NCBI GenBank assembly: GCA_017466885.1 | Contig: JAFTTH010000021.1 | Location: forward strand, 6,624 to 70,623 | Direction of reading: 5' to 3' | From: Oscillospiraceae bacterium | Lineage (GTDB): Bacteria > Bacillota > Clostridia > Oscillospirales > Ruminococcaceae | Length of the DNA: 64,000 nucleotides | Part shown: in pieces, positions 28,268 through 37,822 of the stretch | Layout of the letters: each line of letters starts with the position of its first letter | How positions within the stretch are numbered: the stretch's first letter is position 1 | Made by a program: the position numbers and the translations under genes | Notes under the pieces: generated by a model | The model's input: only the letters and a program-made list of their open reading frames with translations | The model's database searches: none | Told to the model about the DNA's origin: nothing

Positions 28268-29608
28268 TCAAAGGGAGGGGTGTGGGCGGGAGAGAATTCC
28301 CTGCCGGGAGACGGAATCCTCAAAAGCGGCAAGACCGCGCTGGGCGATTGCTTCATACCGGAGTTGTTTATCCCGAATCCGGTCTTCCAGAGGTGGAAGG
28401 ATTCCCATATTGGCGCCCATCGGCTGGAAATCCCTTGCTTCGGGCTGGGAAATATACCGGGAGAGTGCTCCGATCATTGTTTCAGGCGGGAGGGAAAGGG
28501 GAGAAAATCCCTTCAGATGACGGACCACGCCAATTCCTGCCACCAGCCCCGATGCGGCCGATTCCATATATCCCTCTACCCCTGTCATCTGGCCGGCAAA
28601 CCACAGGTGCGGGTGGGAAATGCAACGGAACTGCTCATCCAGAAACCCGGGAGACCGGAGGAAGGTATTGCGGTGCATCACACCGTAACGGTGGAACTCT
28701 GCCTGCTCCAGCCCCGGAATCATAGAAAAGATCCGGCGTTGCTCGGGGAATTTCAGATTGGTCTGAAAGCCAACAAGATTATAAAGGGTGCCCTGGGTAT
28801 TTTCCTTGCGGAGCTGAACCACCGCCCAGGGACGCTTCCCGGTGCGGGGATCCCGCAGACCAACCGGCTTCATCGGACCGAAACGGGCCGCATCCCGGCC
28901 CCGGCCGGCCAGCACCTCAATCGGCATACAGCCCTCGTAAACCTGGAAGGGGGTCTGCTCAAATTCGTGAAGCTGAACCGTTTCTCCCTCCAAAAGAGCG
29001 GAGATGAAGGCTTCATATTCTTCCTTATTGAAGGGGCAGTTGAGATAATCCTCCGGCTCGCCCTTTTCGTATCGGCTGGCGGCGAATACCTTGGTGCGAT
29101 CGATGCTTTCAGCGGAGATAATGGGGGCCGCGGCATCGTAAAAGCTTAAAGCGCCGCCGCAAAGCCGGAGAATCGCTTCGTCCAGCGGAGGCTGAGTCAG
29201 CGGACCGGTAGCGATGACGGTATACCCCTCCGAGGGGATCTCCTCCACCAGCTCCTGCCGCACCTCAATCAGAGGATGCTCCCGGATTGCCTGGGTGACC
29301 AGCCGGGAGAAAATATCCCGATCCACGGCAAGCGCTCCTCCCGCCGGAACCCGCGCCTGATAGGCCAAAGGAACGAGAAGAGAGCCCAAGCGGCGCATTT
29401 CCTCCTTCAGAAGACCCGCCGCAGAGCCAACCCGTTCCGCCTTCAGGGAGTTGGAGCAGACCAGCTCGGCAAAGCCATCCGACCGGTGGGCAGGAGTACG
29501 CCGATCCGGTTTCATATCGATAAGAAGGACAGGAATTCCCGCCTCCGCAATTGTCCAGGCGGCTTCACAACCGGCAAGACCTGCACCGATCACCCGCACC
29601 TGTTCCAT
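28268..29608 (-). CDS. trmFO: methylenetetrahydrofolate--tRNA-(uracil54-C5)-methyltransferase
   Basis: N-terminus VIGAGLAGCEAAW (FAD fold), 446 aa, GidA-related pattern. Start reset to ATG 29608. Confidence 0.92.
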   Translation of the reverse strand: MEQVRVIGAGLAGCEAAWTIAEAGIPVLLIDMKPDRRTPAHRSDGFAELVCSNSLKAERVGSAAGLLKEEMRRLGSLLVPLAYQARVPAGGALAVDRDIFSRLVTQAIREHPLIEVRQELVEEIPSEGYTVIATGPLTQPPLDEAILRLCGGALSFYDAAAPIISAESIDRTKVFAASRYEKGEPEDYLNCPFNKEEYEAFISALLEGETVQLHEFEQTPFQVYEGCMPIEVLAGRGRDAARFGPMKPVGLRDPRTGKRPWAVVQLRKENTQGTLYNLVGFQTNLKFPEQRRIFSMIPGLEQAEFHRYGVMHRNTFLRSPGFLDEQFRCISHPHLWFAGQMTGVEGYMESAASGLVAGIGVVRHLKGFSPLSLPPETMIGALSRYISQPEARDFQPMGANMGILPPLEDRIRDKQLRYEAIAQRGLAAFEDSVSRQGILSRPHPSL

Positions 29609-29638
29609 CCCGATCACCACCAATCCATAATCAGAATC

Positions 29639-29667
29639 ATTATACCTTTTTTGCAGGGGAATTGCAA
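29639..29667 (-). promoter_or_regulatory. sigma-A type promoter for trmFO
   Basis: Minus strand TTGCAA (29662-29667), 17-bp spacer, TATAAT (29639-29644). Confidence 0.55.
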
Positions 29668-29696
29668 CCGGAATCGCACCGTATTCGACATTTTTT

Positions 29697-29733
29697 GCAA
29701 AAAAGCCCTGCCGAAGGGGATCTTCGGCAGGGC
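29697..29733 (-). terminator. intrinsic terminator after corrinoid-protein gene
   Basis: 12-bp perfect stem GCCCTGCCGAAG / CTTCGGCAGGGC followed on the minus strand by TTTTTT. Confidence 0.8.
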
Positions 29734-29747
29734 AGGGGGTGGTTCTT

Positions 29748-30383
29748 TTATGCACAGAAGAAAGAGGCGGCAACGTCAGCGGCGGAGGCTGCGTCAGAGG
29801 TGTAAGCATCAGCGCCGATCTTATCGCAAAACTCCTGGGTAACAGGAGCACCGCCGATCATAATTTTCACCTGATCCCGGATTCCGGCGGCTTCGCAGTT
29901 CCGGACGACCTCATCCATCACGTTCATAGTGGTGGTCAGCAGAGCGGAGCAGCAGATGACCTTACAGCCTTGTTCGGTAGCGGCTTTGATGAAGGTTTCG
30001 GGAGCAACGTCCGTTCCCAGGTCAACGACCTCCAGGCCCTTGCCCTCCATCATCATCCGGACGAGGTTTTTGCCGATATCGTGCAGGTCACCCTTAACGG
30101 TGCCGATGCAGACCTTGCCCAAAGAGGAAACACCTTCACTCTTCAAAAGGGGCTTCAGCAGCTCGGTGCCGGCGTTCATTGCCCGAGCGGCAATCAAAAC
30201 CTCGGGAACGTAAACCTCGTTGTTCTTGAATTTTTCCCCGATCACGCTCATTCCGGGGAGCAGTCCCTCGTTGAGGATCTGAGAAGCGGGGATTCCCTCC
30301 TCAATGGCCTGGGCGACCAATGCGGTAACGATCTTTGCCTTACCCTTCTGCAGGTTTTCGGAAATCTCATTCAGGATGCTCAT
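29748..30383 (-). CDS. cobalamin-binding (corrinoid) protein, methyltransferase-cognate type
   Basis: 211 aa. B12-binding DxHxxG motif (GDLHDIGKN), N-terminal helical cap, and GGAP near the C-terminus. Start ATG 30383 behind AGGAGG. Confidence 0.8.
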   Translation of the reverse strand: MSILNEISENLQKGKAKIVTALVAQAIEEGIPASQILNEGLLPGMSVIGEKFKNNEVYVPEVLIAARAMNAGTELLKPLLKSEGVSSLGKVCIGTVKGDLHDIGKNLVRMMMEGKGLEVVDLGTDVAPETFIKAATEQGCKVICCSALLTTTMNVMDEVVRNCEAAGIRDQVKIMIGGAPVTQEFCDKIGADAYTSDAASAADVAASFFCA

Positions 30384-30426
30384 GGTTGATTCCTCCTGTA
30401 TTCGGTAGAATATATCATTTGACAAT

Positions 30427-30455
30427 ATTATACGACATTCCGGGAGGGAAATCAA
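30427..30455 (-). promoter_or_regulatory. sigma-A type promoter for corrinoid-protein gene
   Basis: Minus strand TTGATT (30450-30455), 17-bp spacer, TATAAT (30427-30432). Confidence 0.55.
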
Positions 30456-30487
30456 GAGGAGAATGCGCTCCGGGGTAAATCCGCAGA

Positions 30488-30516
30488 TTGACATTTTTTG
30501 TGTTATAGAATATAAT
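30488..30516 (+). promoter_or_regulatory. sigma-A type promoter for the glmS leader
   Basis: TTGACA (30488-30493), 17-bp spacer, TATAAT (30511-30516). Confidence 0.65.
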
Positions 30517-30619
30517 AAAAAGGAGCAGATAGCTCAAATTTCTCCACAGGAGGGATGGATAGAGAGAAAGGAAAGGAGCGCTTCTCCGTGAATTTTCGTC
30601 TTTTGCGCGGGGAAGAAAA

Positions 30620-30790
30620 GAAAAGGAAGCGCCAGACCGCTCGCTTTCGGGCGGTTAACGAGGAGAGGGAAGTATCGAGAGATTCGGCGGATGTCCCTCC
30701 GGCCTGTGTTTGGAAGGTCGTTAGTCGGCAGACAAATCCCCGGGTGACCGGGTCACAAAGCTGTCGGCAAAAAAACAATCGGTTGCAGTC
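30620..30790 (+). ncRNA. glmS ribozyme: glmS ribozyme (GlcN6P-dependent self-cleaving riboswitch)
   Basis: Core signature A|GCGCCAGA (cleavage between 30628 and 30629). Also ACGAGGA, AUCGAGAGAUUCGGCGGAUGUCCCUCCGGC and GGUGACCGGGUCACAAAG, in the order of the Bacillus and Thermoanaerobacter ribozymes. It lies upstream of glmS. Confidence 0.88.
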
Positions 30791-30998
30791 GGAACGGAAC
30801 CGGCCGCAGCCCCCGGAAAAAAGGCTCCCTGACTGTAAAAATAGTCGGGTGATTTTGGTGTGGCTTTTTTCGGGAATATAGGGAAATCGGGTGCCGACAG
30901 AGAAGCTCTGCCGGTGGGCGGCCCATTCCCTAAAAAGACGGCTCCCCGGATCAGCGGGGATGGATTTCTGCCCTTAAAATGAAAGGACGGAAGTTTTT

Positions 30999-32822
30999 AT
31001 GTGTGGAATTGTTGGCTATATTGGCGACAAAGAAGTGGTTCCGGTTCTGACGGATGGCCTTCGTATGCTGGAATACCGGGGCTACGATTCGGCAGGAGTG
31101 GCAGTTTGTGACGGATCGCAGATTCGGACGGTCAAGGCCAAGGGCCGGCTGGACGATCTGGAGACAAGACTGAAGGAGGAGGGGACTCCCCGGGGAATCT
31201 GCGGCATCGGGCATACCCGCTGGGCGACCCACGGTGCCCCGTCGGATGTCAACTCCCACCCCCATTCCAACGGCCGGATCGCCATTGTGCATAATGGAAT
31301 CATTGAAAATTATCTTTCCATCAAGGAAAAGCGTTCCCGGGACGGATACACCTTCCTCTCCGAGACCGATACCGAGACCATTCTTGCCGAGCTGAACCGG
31401 CAATATGACGGAGACCCCATTGCCGCTTTGCGGGAAACGGTCTTCCGGCTGAAGGGCTCTTATGCTCTGGGGGTGCTTTTTGCGGATTTTCCCGACCGGA
31501 TCTACGCCATTCGGAAGGATAGCCCTCTGATTGTTGGTCTGGGCAAGGGCGAGAACTTTATTGCCTCGGATATCCCCGCCATCCTGCGGCATACCAATCA
31601 ATATATTCTCCCCGATGAAAATGAGATCATTGTGGTGGAAAAAGAGTCGGTTGCCGTGATGGATCTGGAGGGGAACCGGAAGGAAAAGCCGGTTCTGACT
31701 GCGGCTTTTGACGTGGAGGCGGCGGAAAAGGGCGGCTACCCCCATTTTATGCTCAAGGAGATCCATCAGGAGCCGGAGGCGGTGACCGCCACCGTCCATC
31801 CCCGCGTGAAGGAGGGGCTTCCCTGCCTGGCGGAGGAGGGCCTGACCGATGAGATCCTGAAGGGAACCAAACGGATTCATATCGTTGCCTGCGGCACGGC
31901 AATGCACGCCGGAATGGCCGCGCAGAATGCCATTGAGGAATTTGCCCGGACCCCGGTGAATGTGGAGATCGCCTCCGAATTCCGGTATAAGGACCCCATC
32001 ATTGAGGAAGGGGATATGGTTTGCATCATCTCCCAGTCGGGAGAAACGGCGGATACCCTGGCGGCCCTTCGGCTGGCCAAAGAGCGGGGAGCATTCGTGT
32101 TGGCAGTGGTCAACGTGGTTGGTTCCTCCATTGCCCGGGAGGCAGACTGTGTCCTTTATACCCGGGCAGGCCCCGAGATTGCCGTTGCCAGCACCAAGGC
32201 TTACACAGTGCAGGTCTCGCTTCTTTATCTGGTTGCTCTTCGGCTGGGGTTGGTCAAAGGCGGCCTGACCGAAGAAAGAACCCGGGAACTGACCGGATGG
32301 CTGCTGAAGGTCCCCCAGCTTCTGGAGACGATGCTGGAGGATACCCAGCCGGTCAATCATCTTGCCGGACTTTATCAGAATACCCACGATCTTTTCTTCA
32401 TCGGCCGGGGATTGGACTATTCTCTCTCTATGGAGGGTTCCCTGAAGCTGAAGGAGATCTCTTACATCCACAGCGAGGCTTACGCCGCCGGCGAGCTGAA
32501 GCACGGAACCATCTCCCTGATCACCGATGGAATCCCTGTGATTGCGGTGGCTACCCAGGAAAAACTCTTTGAGAAGATGATCTCCAATGTCAAGGAGGTT
32601 AAGGCGCGGGGTGCCAGCGTGATCCTCATTTGCCGGGAGGGGACGGAGGTTCCCGCAGAGGTTGCCGACCATTGTCTTCCCATTTCGGCGGAGCTACCGG
32701 CATCCCTGGCGGCCATTCCGGCTGTGCTGTTGCTGCAGTTATTTGCTTATTATACGGCGGTTCTTCGCGGCTGTGACGTGGATAAACCCCGCAACCTTGC
32801 AAAATCTGTTACCGTTGAGTAA
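30999..32822 (+). CDS. glmS: glutamine--fructose-6-phosphate aminotransferase
   Basis: 607 aa. MCGIVGY N-terminal nucleophile, two SIS domains, and a C-terminal KSVTVE. Confidence 0.98.
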   Translation: MCGIVGYIGDKEVVPVLTDGLRMLEYRGYDSAGVAVCDGSQIRTVKAKGRLDDLETRLKEEGTPRGICGIGHTRWATHGAPSDVNSHPHSNGRIAIVHNGIIENYLSIKEKRSRDGYTFLSETDTETILAELNRQYDGDPIAALRETVFRLKGSYALGVLFADFPDRIYAIRKDSPLIVGLGKGENFIASDIPAILRHTNQYILPDENEIIVVEKESVAVMDLEGNRKEKPVLTAAFDVEAAEKGGYPHFMLKEIHQEPEAVTATVHPRVKEGLPCLAEEGLTDEILKGTKRIHIVACGTAMHAGMAAQNAIEEFARTPVNVEIASEFRYKDPIIEEGDMVCIISQSGETADTLAALRLAKERGAFVLAVVNVVGSSIAREADCVLYTRAGPEIAVASTKAYTVQVSLLYLVALRLGLVKGGLTEERTRELTGWLLKVPQLLETMLEDTQPVNHLAGLYQNTHDLFFIGRGLDYSLSMEGSLKLKEISYIHSEAYAAGELKHGTISLITDGIPVIAVATQEKLFEKMISNVKEVKARGASVILICREGTEVPAEVADHCLPISAELPASLAAIPAVLLLQLFAYYTAVLRGCDVDKPRNLAKSVTVE

Positions 32823-32871
32823 TCCCATCAAAAAAGCTCCTTCCTGCGGGAAGGAGCTTTTTGTTTGTGTG

Positions 32872-33375
32872 TTATTTGTCAAGAAAACGGGTTTTGAGCT
32901 TTGCGGCATCCAGCGCAGCGCCGATTACCACAAACAGAAGTGCGCTCCCGATTCCCTGCACCGCATTTCCGGGGATGGTTGCCAGGCAACCCACCGGTCC
33001 GTAAAGAAGAAGCTCGGCCAAAAGGTAGCCGACCACCGTGATCAAAGCGCCGATTCCGCAAGCAATGAGATTGCGGGGGGTCAGAATCCGGTCCTTTTTA
33101 TTGGAGAAAGAAAGGGTCAGGAGGACCTTAACGATCAGGGTGGGAATGATATAAATTGCATAGCCGCTGGCGAGGTCGGCCATAGCGCCCCCGAAGGCGG
33201 CGGCAACCATTGCGTAGGGCAGGGGGAGGAGGGAAGCGGCAACATAAATAAAAACGTCCCCCACGTGAACATATCCGTTTCCCGCGAAAAAGGGGATATG
33301 GATGACCCAGGTGGAAACGAAGATCAGCGCGGCAAAAAGCGCAGTGAAAACGAGGGTACGAATTTGTTTGCTCAT
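32872..33375 (-). CDS. ECF transporter S component (vitamin-type substrate, possibly B6-related)
   Basis: 167 aa with about 5-6 TM, compact S-component-like size. It lies immediately downstream of a pyridoxal/pyridoxamine kinase gene. Start reset to ATG 33375. Confidence 0.55.
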   Translation of the reverse strand: MSKQIRTLVFTALFAALIFVSTWVIHIPFFAGNGYVHVGDVFIYVAASLLPLPYAMVAAAFGGAMADLASGYAIYIIPTLIVKVLLTLSFSNKKDRILTPRNLIACGIGALITVVGYLLAELLLYGPVGCLATIPGNAVQGIGSALLFVVIGAALDAAKLKTRFLDK

Positions 33376-33413
33376 AACAATACACGTCCTTATGTGAGAA
33401 TAACAGCGGGAAA

Positions 33414-34241
33414 TCAGAGCTCCCGCAAAAACGGTTCGAACAGCACCCCTTCGGCGAAGGGGGCGTTCTCTGCCTCGGTCAGAACGGCGGCCTTTCCAAC
33501 GAAAGAGGCGGCAGCCGTAGCGGCGGCGAGGGGAGTATATCCCGAAAGGAGCTTGCCGCAAACCACTGAAGCAAAAATATCTCCTGCGCCGGGGAGGGGG
33601 CGGGAAAAATGGGGAGAAGCAGCAACGGCATAAGGCTCACCGGGCCGATAAACCAGATTATGCACCTCGTCTCCGGCATCGATTCCGGTCACGATCACCG
33701 TTTTGGTGCGGCCGGTGCAAAGTCTCGCGGCGAGGGAGGCTACCCGTTCTGCGGTCATTTCTTCGGGGCGGTAGGGAGTATCGGTCATTAGGCAAAGCTC
33801 GGTGATGTTGGGGGTAATGCAGTCTGCCGAGGCGGCAAGATGGATCATTTCCCGGCGCATATCCTCGGTAACGGTATCGTACAAACGGCCGTCATCCCCT
33901 AAAACCGGATCCACCAGAATTACAGCGTCAGGGTTTTTGGCCAATGTTTTTTCGATAAAGCCCCGGACAATGCCGATCTGCCGGCAGGAGCCGAGAAACC
34001 CTGAATAAACGGCGTCAAAAAGCATCCCGTTCTCCTCCCAGCCCTCCAAATAGGCGGGGAGAAAATCAGTCAGGTCAAAAAAACGGTAATGGGGAATCCC
34101 GGTATGGCAGGAGAGAACGGCGGTGGGGACGGGACAGCACTGAATCCCCATAGCAGAAAGGATGGGGATGGCCACCGTCAGGGAACATCTGCCGTAACCG
34201 GAGATATCGTGAAAAGCGGCAACGCGTGGAATCGTTGGCAA
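33414..34241 (-). CDS. pdxK: pyridoxal/pyridoxamine kinase (PfkB ribokinase superfamily)
   Basis: 275 aa. ISGYGRCSL N-terminal block, VDPVLGD, and a C-terminal GAGD anion-hole motif. Confidence 0.75.
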   Translation of the reverse strand: MPTIPRVAAFHDISGYGRCSLTVAIPILSAMGIQCCPVPTAVLSCHTGIPHYRFFDLTDFLPAYLEGWEENGMLFDAVYSGFLGSCRQIGIVRGFIEKTLAKNPDAVILVDPVLGDDGRLYDTVTEDMRREMIHLAASADCITPNITELCLMTDTPYRPEEMTAERVASLAARLCTGRTKTVIVTGIDAGDEVHNLVYRPGEPYAVAASPHFSRPLPGAGDIFASVVCGKLLSGYTPLAAATAAASFVGKAAVLTEAENAPFAEGVLFEPFLREL

Positions 34242-34268
34242 GGGAAAAACTCCTTTTGATCAGATGGC

Positions 34269-34634
34269 TTAGGAAAAGCAGATCTTATCCCGAATGGCAG
34301 AGAGGGTTGCCTCTCCAATGCCCGGGACCTCCAAAAGCTCTTCAGGGGAGTTGAAGAATCCGTGAGCCTCCCGATGGTCGATGATCCGCTGGGCAAGGGT
34401 CTGTCCGATTCCCTCCAGGGTCATCAGCCGGGAAAGATCCGCCCGGTTGACCGGCACAAGGGAAGAATCCTCCTCCTGCTCCGAAAGCTCCGGCAGGGAG
34501 GGGATATGCCCCGGAGCCGGTCCGGGATAGAGATAGGCATTCAGCAGGATCAGTGCAACCATCCCGGCGGCCCCAAGAAGGCAGGCCGCAGGGAGAAAGA
34601 AGCGATCCCATCGGTTGGATTCGGGAGAGGACAT
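34269..34634 (-). CDS. comEA: ComEA-type helix-hairpin-helix DNA-binding protein
   Basis: TM anchor plus a C-terminal tandem HhH (LEGIGQTLAQRII ... VPGIGEATL). ATG 34634 preferred over TTG 34640. Confidence 0.75.
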   Translation of the reverse strand: MSSPESNRWDRFFLPAACLLGAAGMVALILLNAYLYPGPAPGHIPSLPELSEQEEDSSLVPVNRADLSRLMTLEGIGQTLAQRIIDHREAHGFFNSPEELLEVPGIGEATLSAIRDKICFS

Positions 34635-34640
34635 CAACAA

Positions 34641-36431
34641 TCAGTCCTTTGCATTTTCCTTGGAAACGGCGATGGAAAGCTCGGTCAGCTGCAGAGGATC
34701 GACTCCGGAGGGGCATCCGGTCATCAACTCGGTCATATTCTGCACCTTGGGGAAGGCAACAACATCCCGCAGGGTTTCCCGGCCGAGCATCTGCATAATC
34801 AGACGGTCCAGACCAATGGCCATACCGCCGTGGGGCGGCGCGCCGAAGCGGAAGGCATCGGTCAGGAAGCCAAACTTCTCGGAGGCCTCCTCGTCCGAAA
34901 GACCCAGCGCATAGAACATCCGTTTCTGCAGGGCAGGATCGGTGATACGAATGGAACCGCTGGAGAGCTCAATTCCATTGAGAACGAGGTCGAAGGCCTT
35001 GGCCCGGACGTTTCCTTTATCGCTATCCAGCAGGGGAATATCGTCCTCCATAGGGGAGGTGAAGGGATGGTGCATGGCAACGAAGGTCTGCGTATCCTCA
35101 TCCCACTCGAAGAAGGGGAACTGGGTGATCCACAGGAAGGAGAAGGTATCCTCAGGGATGCAGCCCAGCCGCTTGGCAACCTCGCAGCGAAGTGCTCCCA
35201 GCACCGAAAGGACGGTTTTGTTTTTGCCATCCGCAATAATAAAGATCATATCGCCCTGTTCCGCACCCAACCGCTGGGCGATGGCGGAAAGCTCCTCGGG
35301 GGTAACAAACTTTCCAAAGGAGGCAGAGATCCCCTCCTCGGTATATTTTGCCCAGGCAAGGCCTTTGGCTCCAATGCCGCGGACATACTCGGTCAGTTTA
35401 TCACAATCCTTCCGGGAGAAGGCGGCGGCACCGCCCTTGGCACAGATGCCCCGGACGCTTCCGGTTTCGCAGGCGGAGGAGAAAACGGAGAAGCCCGAGC
35501 CCTTTACCAGATCAGTCAGATCCTCAATGAGCATCCCGAAACGGGTATCCGGCTTATCCGAGCCGTATTTTTCCATCGCTTCCCGGTAGGTCAGGCGGGG
35601 AAGGGGTGTAGGAATCTCCCGGCCGAGGATGGTTTTGAAGATGTGGGCGATAAAGCCTTCGCTGACCGAGAGAATATCCTCAATATCCACGAAGGACATC
35701 TCAACGTCAATCTGGGTAAACTCCGGCTGACGGTCTGCCCGGAGGTCCTCATCCCGGAAGCACCGGGCAAACTGAACATACCGGTCAAAGCCGGAAACCA
35801 TCAGCAGCTGCTTATAAAGCTGGGGGGACTGGGGCAGGGCATAAAAGCTGCCGCCGTGAATCCGGGAGGGGACCAGGAAGTCCCGGGCGCCCTCGGGGGT
35901 GGATTTGACGAGAATGGGGGTCTCGATCTCAATAAAGCCCTGGGAATCATAGTAATCCCGGGCGGCCTTGACGATCTTATGCCGCATAAGAATATTTTGC
36001 TGGAGGTCGGGGCGGCGCAGGTCCAGATACCGATATTTCAGCCGCAGCTCCTCCTTAACGGGAGAATCGGGGATGATCTCAAAGGGAGGGGTCTCAGCCC
36101 GGCCGAGGATCCGAAGCTCGGTGACCATCAGCTCCACCTCACCGGTGGGGAGCTCGGGGTTGACAGCCTCCCGGCGGCAGAGCGTTCCCGTTGCGGCAAC
36201 CACGAATTCGCTCCGGCACTCCTTGGCCTTATCAAAGACCTCGGGGGCGGTAGCGTCATTAAAAGAAAGCTGGAGGATTCCGGTGCGGTCCCGGCAGTCA
36301 ATAAAAATGAGGTTGCCCAGGTCCCGTTGCTTTGCCACCCATCCGCAGACAGACACCGTCTGCCCGATTTCCGCGGCGGTCAGAGTGCCGCAGTAATGGG
36401 TGCGATGGAAGTTTCGAAGTGTTTCGTTCAT
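34641..36431 (-). CDS. aspS: aspartate--tRNA ligase
   Basis: 596 aa. OB-fold N-terminus, class II motifs (FRDEDLRADRQPEFTQ, GGMAIGLDR), and the bacterial insertion domain. Confidence 0.97.
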   Translation of the reverse strand: MNETLRNFHRTHYCGTLTAAEIGQTVSVCGWVAKQRDLGNLIFIDCRDRTGILQLSFNDATAPEVFDKAKECRSEFVVAATGTLCRREAVNPELPTGEVELMVTELRILGRAETPPFEIIPDSPVKEELRLKYRYLDLRRPDLQQNILMRHKIVKAARDYYDSQGFIEIETPILVKSTPEGARDFLVPSRIHGGSFYALPQSPQLYKQLLMVSGFDRYVQFARCFRDEDLRADRQPEFTQIDVEMSFVDIEDILSVSEGFIAHIFKTILGREIPTPLPRLTYREAMEKYGSDKPDTRFGMLIEDLTDLVKGSGFSVFSSACETGSVRGICAKGGAAAFSRKDCDKLTEYVRGIGAKGLAWAKYTEEGISASFGKFVTPEELSAIAQRLGAEQGDMIFIIADGKNKTVLSVLGALRCEVAKRLGCIPEDTFSFLWITQFPFFEWDEDTQTFVAMHHPFTSPMEDDIPLLDSDKGNVRAKAFDLVLNGIELSSGSIRITDPALQKRMFYALGLSDEEASEKFGFLTDAFRFGAPPHGGMAIGLDRLIMQMLGRETLRDVVAFPKVQNMTELMTGCPSGVDPLQLTELSIAVSKENAKD

Positions 36432-36478
36432 ATCAATACCCGTCCTTTCGAGTCGGTAGAATCGGTTTTGTTATCCGG

Positions 36479-37822
36479 TTAAAGCTCCATTCCAAAGAGG
36501 GACTTCAGATCGGCACCCTCAAAGGAATCGGAGATCTTTCCAATCACATCAGAGATGGAAACATCATAAATCGCGGAAACAAGGTCTGCGCCCAGAGAAA
36601 CCTCCCGGGTTTCGCCGGTGGACATATTTTTCAGGTTTGCACAGTTGCGGGCAAGCTCATCCTCCCCCAAAACAAGGGTCATGGAAGCGCCCAGCTTATC
36701 GGCGTATTTCATCTGCGCCTTGAGGCTTCTGCCCATCACGTCCGTCTCCACAGAGAAGCCCTCCCGGCGGAGCTCTTCGGCCAAAGTGGAGGCTTTTCGT
36801 GCAGCCGCCGCACCCAAGGGTGCAATGTAAAGATCGCACTTTTTATCCTCAGGGAAGGGGCAGTTGCAGGCATCCATCGTCAGCAGGAGCCGCTCCAGTC
36901 CCATAGCAAAGCCGAGGGCGGGTGTTTCAGGGCCGCCCAGCTGGGCAACCAAACCGTCATACCGGCCGCCTCCGCAGACAGTGCCCTGTGCACCGATCCG
37001 GTCGCAGACAAACTCAAAAACAGTTTTGGTATAATAATCCAGGCCACGGACGATGGTCGGGTCCACCACGAAGGGCTGGCCAAGGTCAGTCAGCATCCCC
37101 TTAACGCCCTCAAAATGCTCCCGACATTCATCGCACAGATAATCGGTGATGACCGGCGCCTTTGCGGCGATCTCGGAACAAATGGGACTCTTGCAGTCCA
37201 GGATCCGCATAGGGTTTTTCTCCAGACGGGTCATACAGGTACCGCAAAGCTCCTCGGTATGGGCGGAAAAATACGCCTTGAGGGCGGCGTGATATTCCTT
37301 CCGGCAGGTGGGACAGCCGATGGAATTGAGTTTCAGGGTCAGACCGTCGATCCCCAGGATCCGGAAGAGATCTGCCGCCATGCTGATCAGCTCAACATCT
37401 GCCGCGGGAGAGGCGGAGCCGAACATCTCCGCGCCAAACTGGTGAAACTCCCGGAGACGGCCCGCCTGGGGCTTTTCATACCGGAAGCAGCTGACAAGGT
37501 AGCAGACCCGAAGGGGCAGGGGGCCCGCCAAAAGGCTATTTTCGATCACGCTCCGCACTACGCCAGCAGTTCCCTCGGGACGAAGGGTGATGCTGCGGCC
37601 ACCCTTATCCTCAAAGGTATACATTTCCTTCTGGACAACGTCGGTGGTATCCCCCACACCCCGGCTGAAAAGCTCGGTGTGCTCAAAGGTGGGAATGCGG
37701 ATTTCCCGGAACCCCCGGAGAGCGGCGGTTTCCAGAGCGGTTTTTTCAATATGACGCCATTTGCCGGTATCGGCGGGGAGGGCATCCTGAGTTCCACGGG
37801 GGGCTTTGGTCAGCAAGGACAT
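36479..37822 (-). CDS. hisS: histidine--tRNA ligase
   Basis: APRGTQD N-terminus, class II motifs (FRYEKPQAGRLREFHQ, GGGRYD), and an anticodon-binding domain. Start reset to ATG 37822. Confidence 0.95.
   Translation of the reverse strand: MSLLTKAPRGTQDALPADTGKWRHIEKTALETAALRGFREIRIPTFEHTELFSRGVGDTTDVVQKEMYTFEDKGGRSITLRPEGTAGVVRSVIENSLLAGPLPLRVCYLVSCFRYEKPQAGRLREFHQFGAEMFGSASPAADVELISMAADLFRILGIDGLTLKLNSIGCPTCRKEYHAALKAYFSAHTEELCGTCMTRLEKNPMRILDCKSPICSEIAAKAPVITDYLCDECREHFEGVKGMLTDLGQPFVVDPTIVRGLDYYTKTVFEFVCDRIGAQGTVCGGGRYDGLVAQLGGPETPALGFAMGLERLLLTMDACNCPFPEDKKCDLYIAPLGAAAARKASTLAEELRREGFSVETDVMGRSLKAQMKYADKLGASMTLVLGEDELARNCANLKNMSTGETREVSLGADLVSAIYDVSISDVIGKISDSFEGADLKSLFGMEL

Noticed and set aside
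30555-30881. 108-aa plus-strand ORF upstream of glmS
   Set aside because: It spans the glmS ribozyme core. The Lys/Arg/Glu-rich translation is an artefact of the purine-rich leader.
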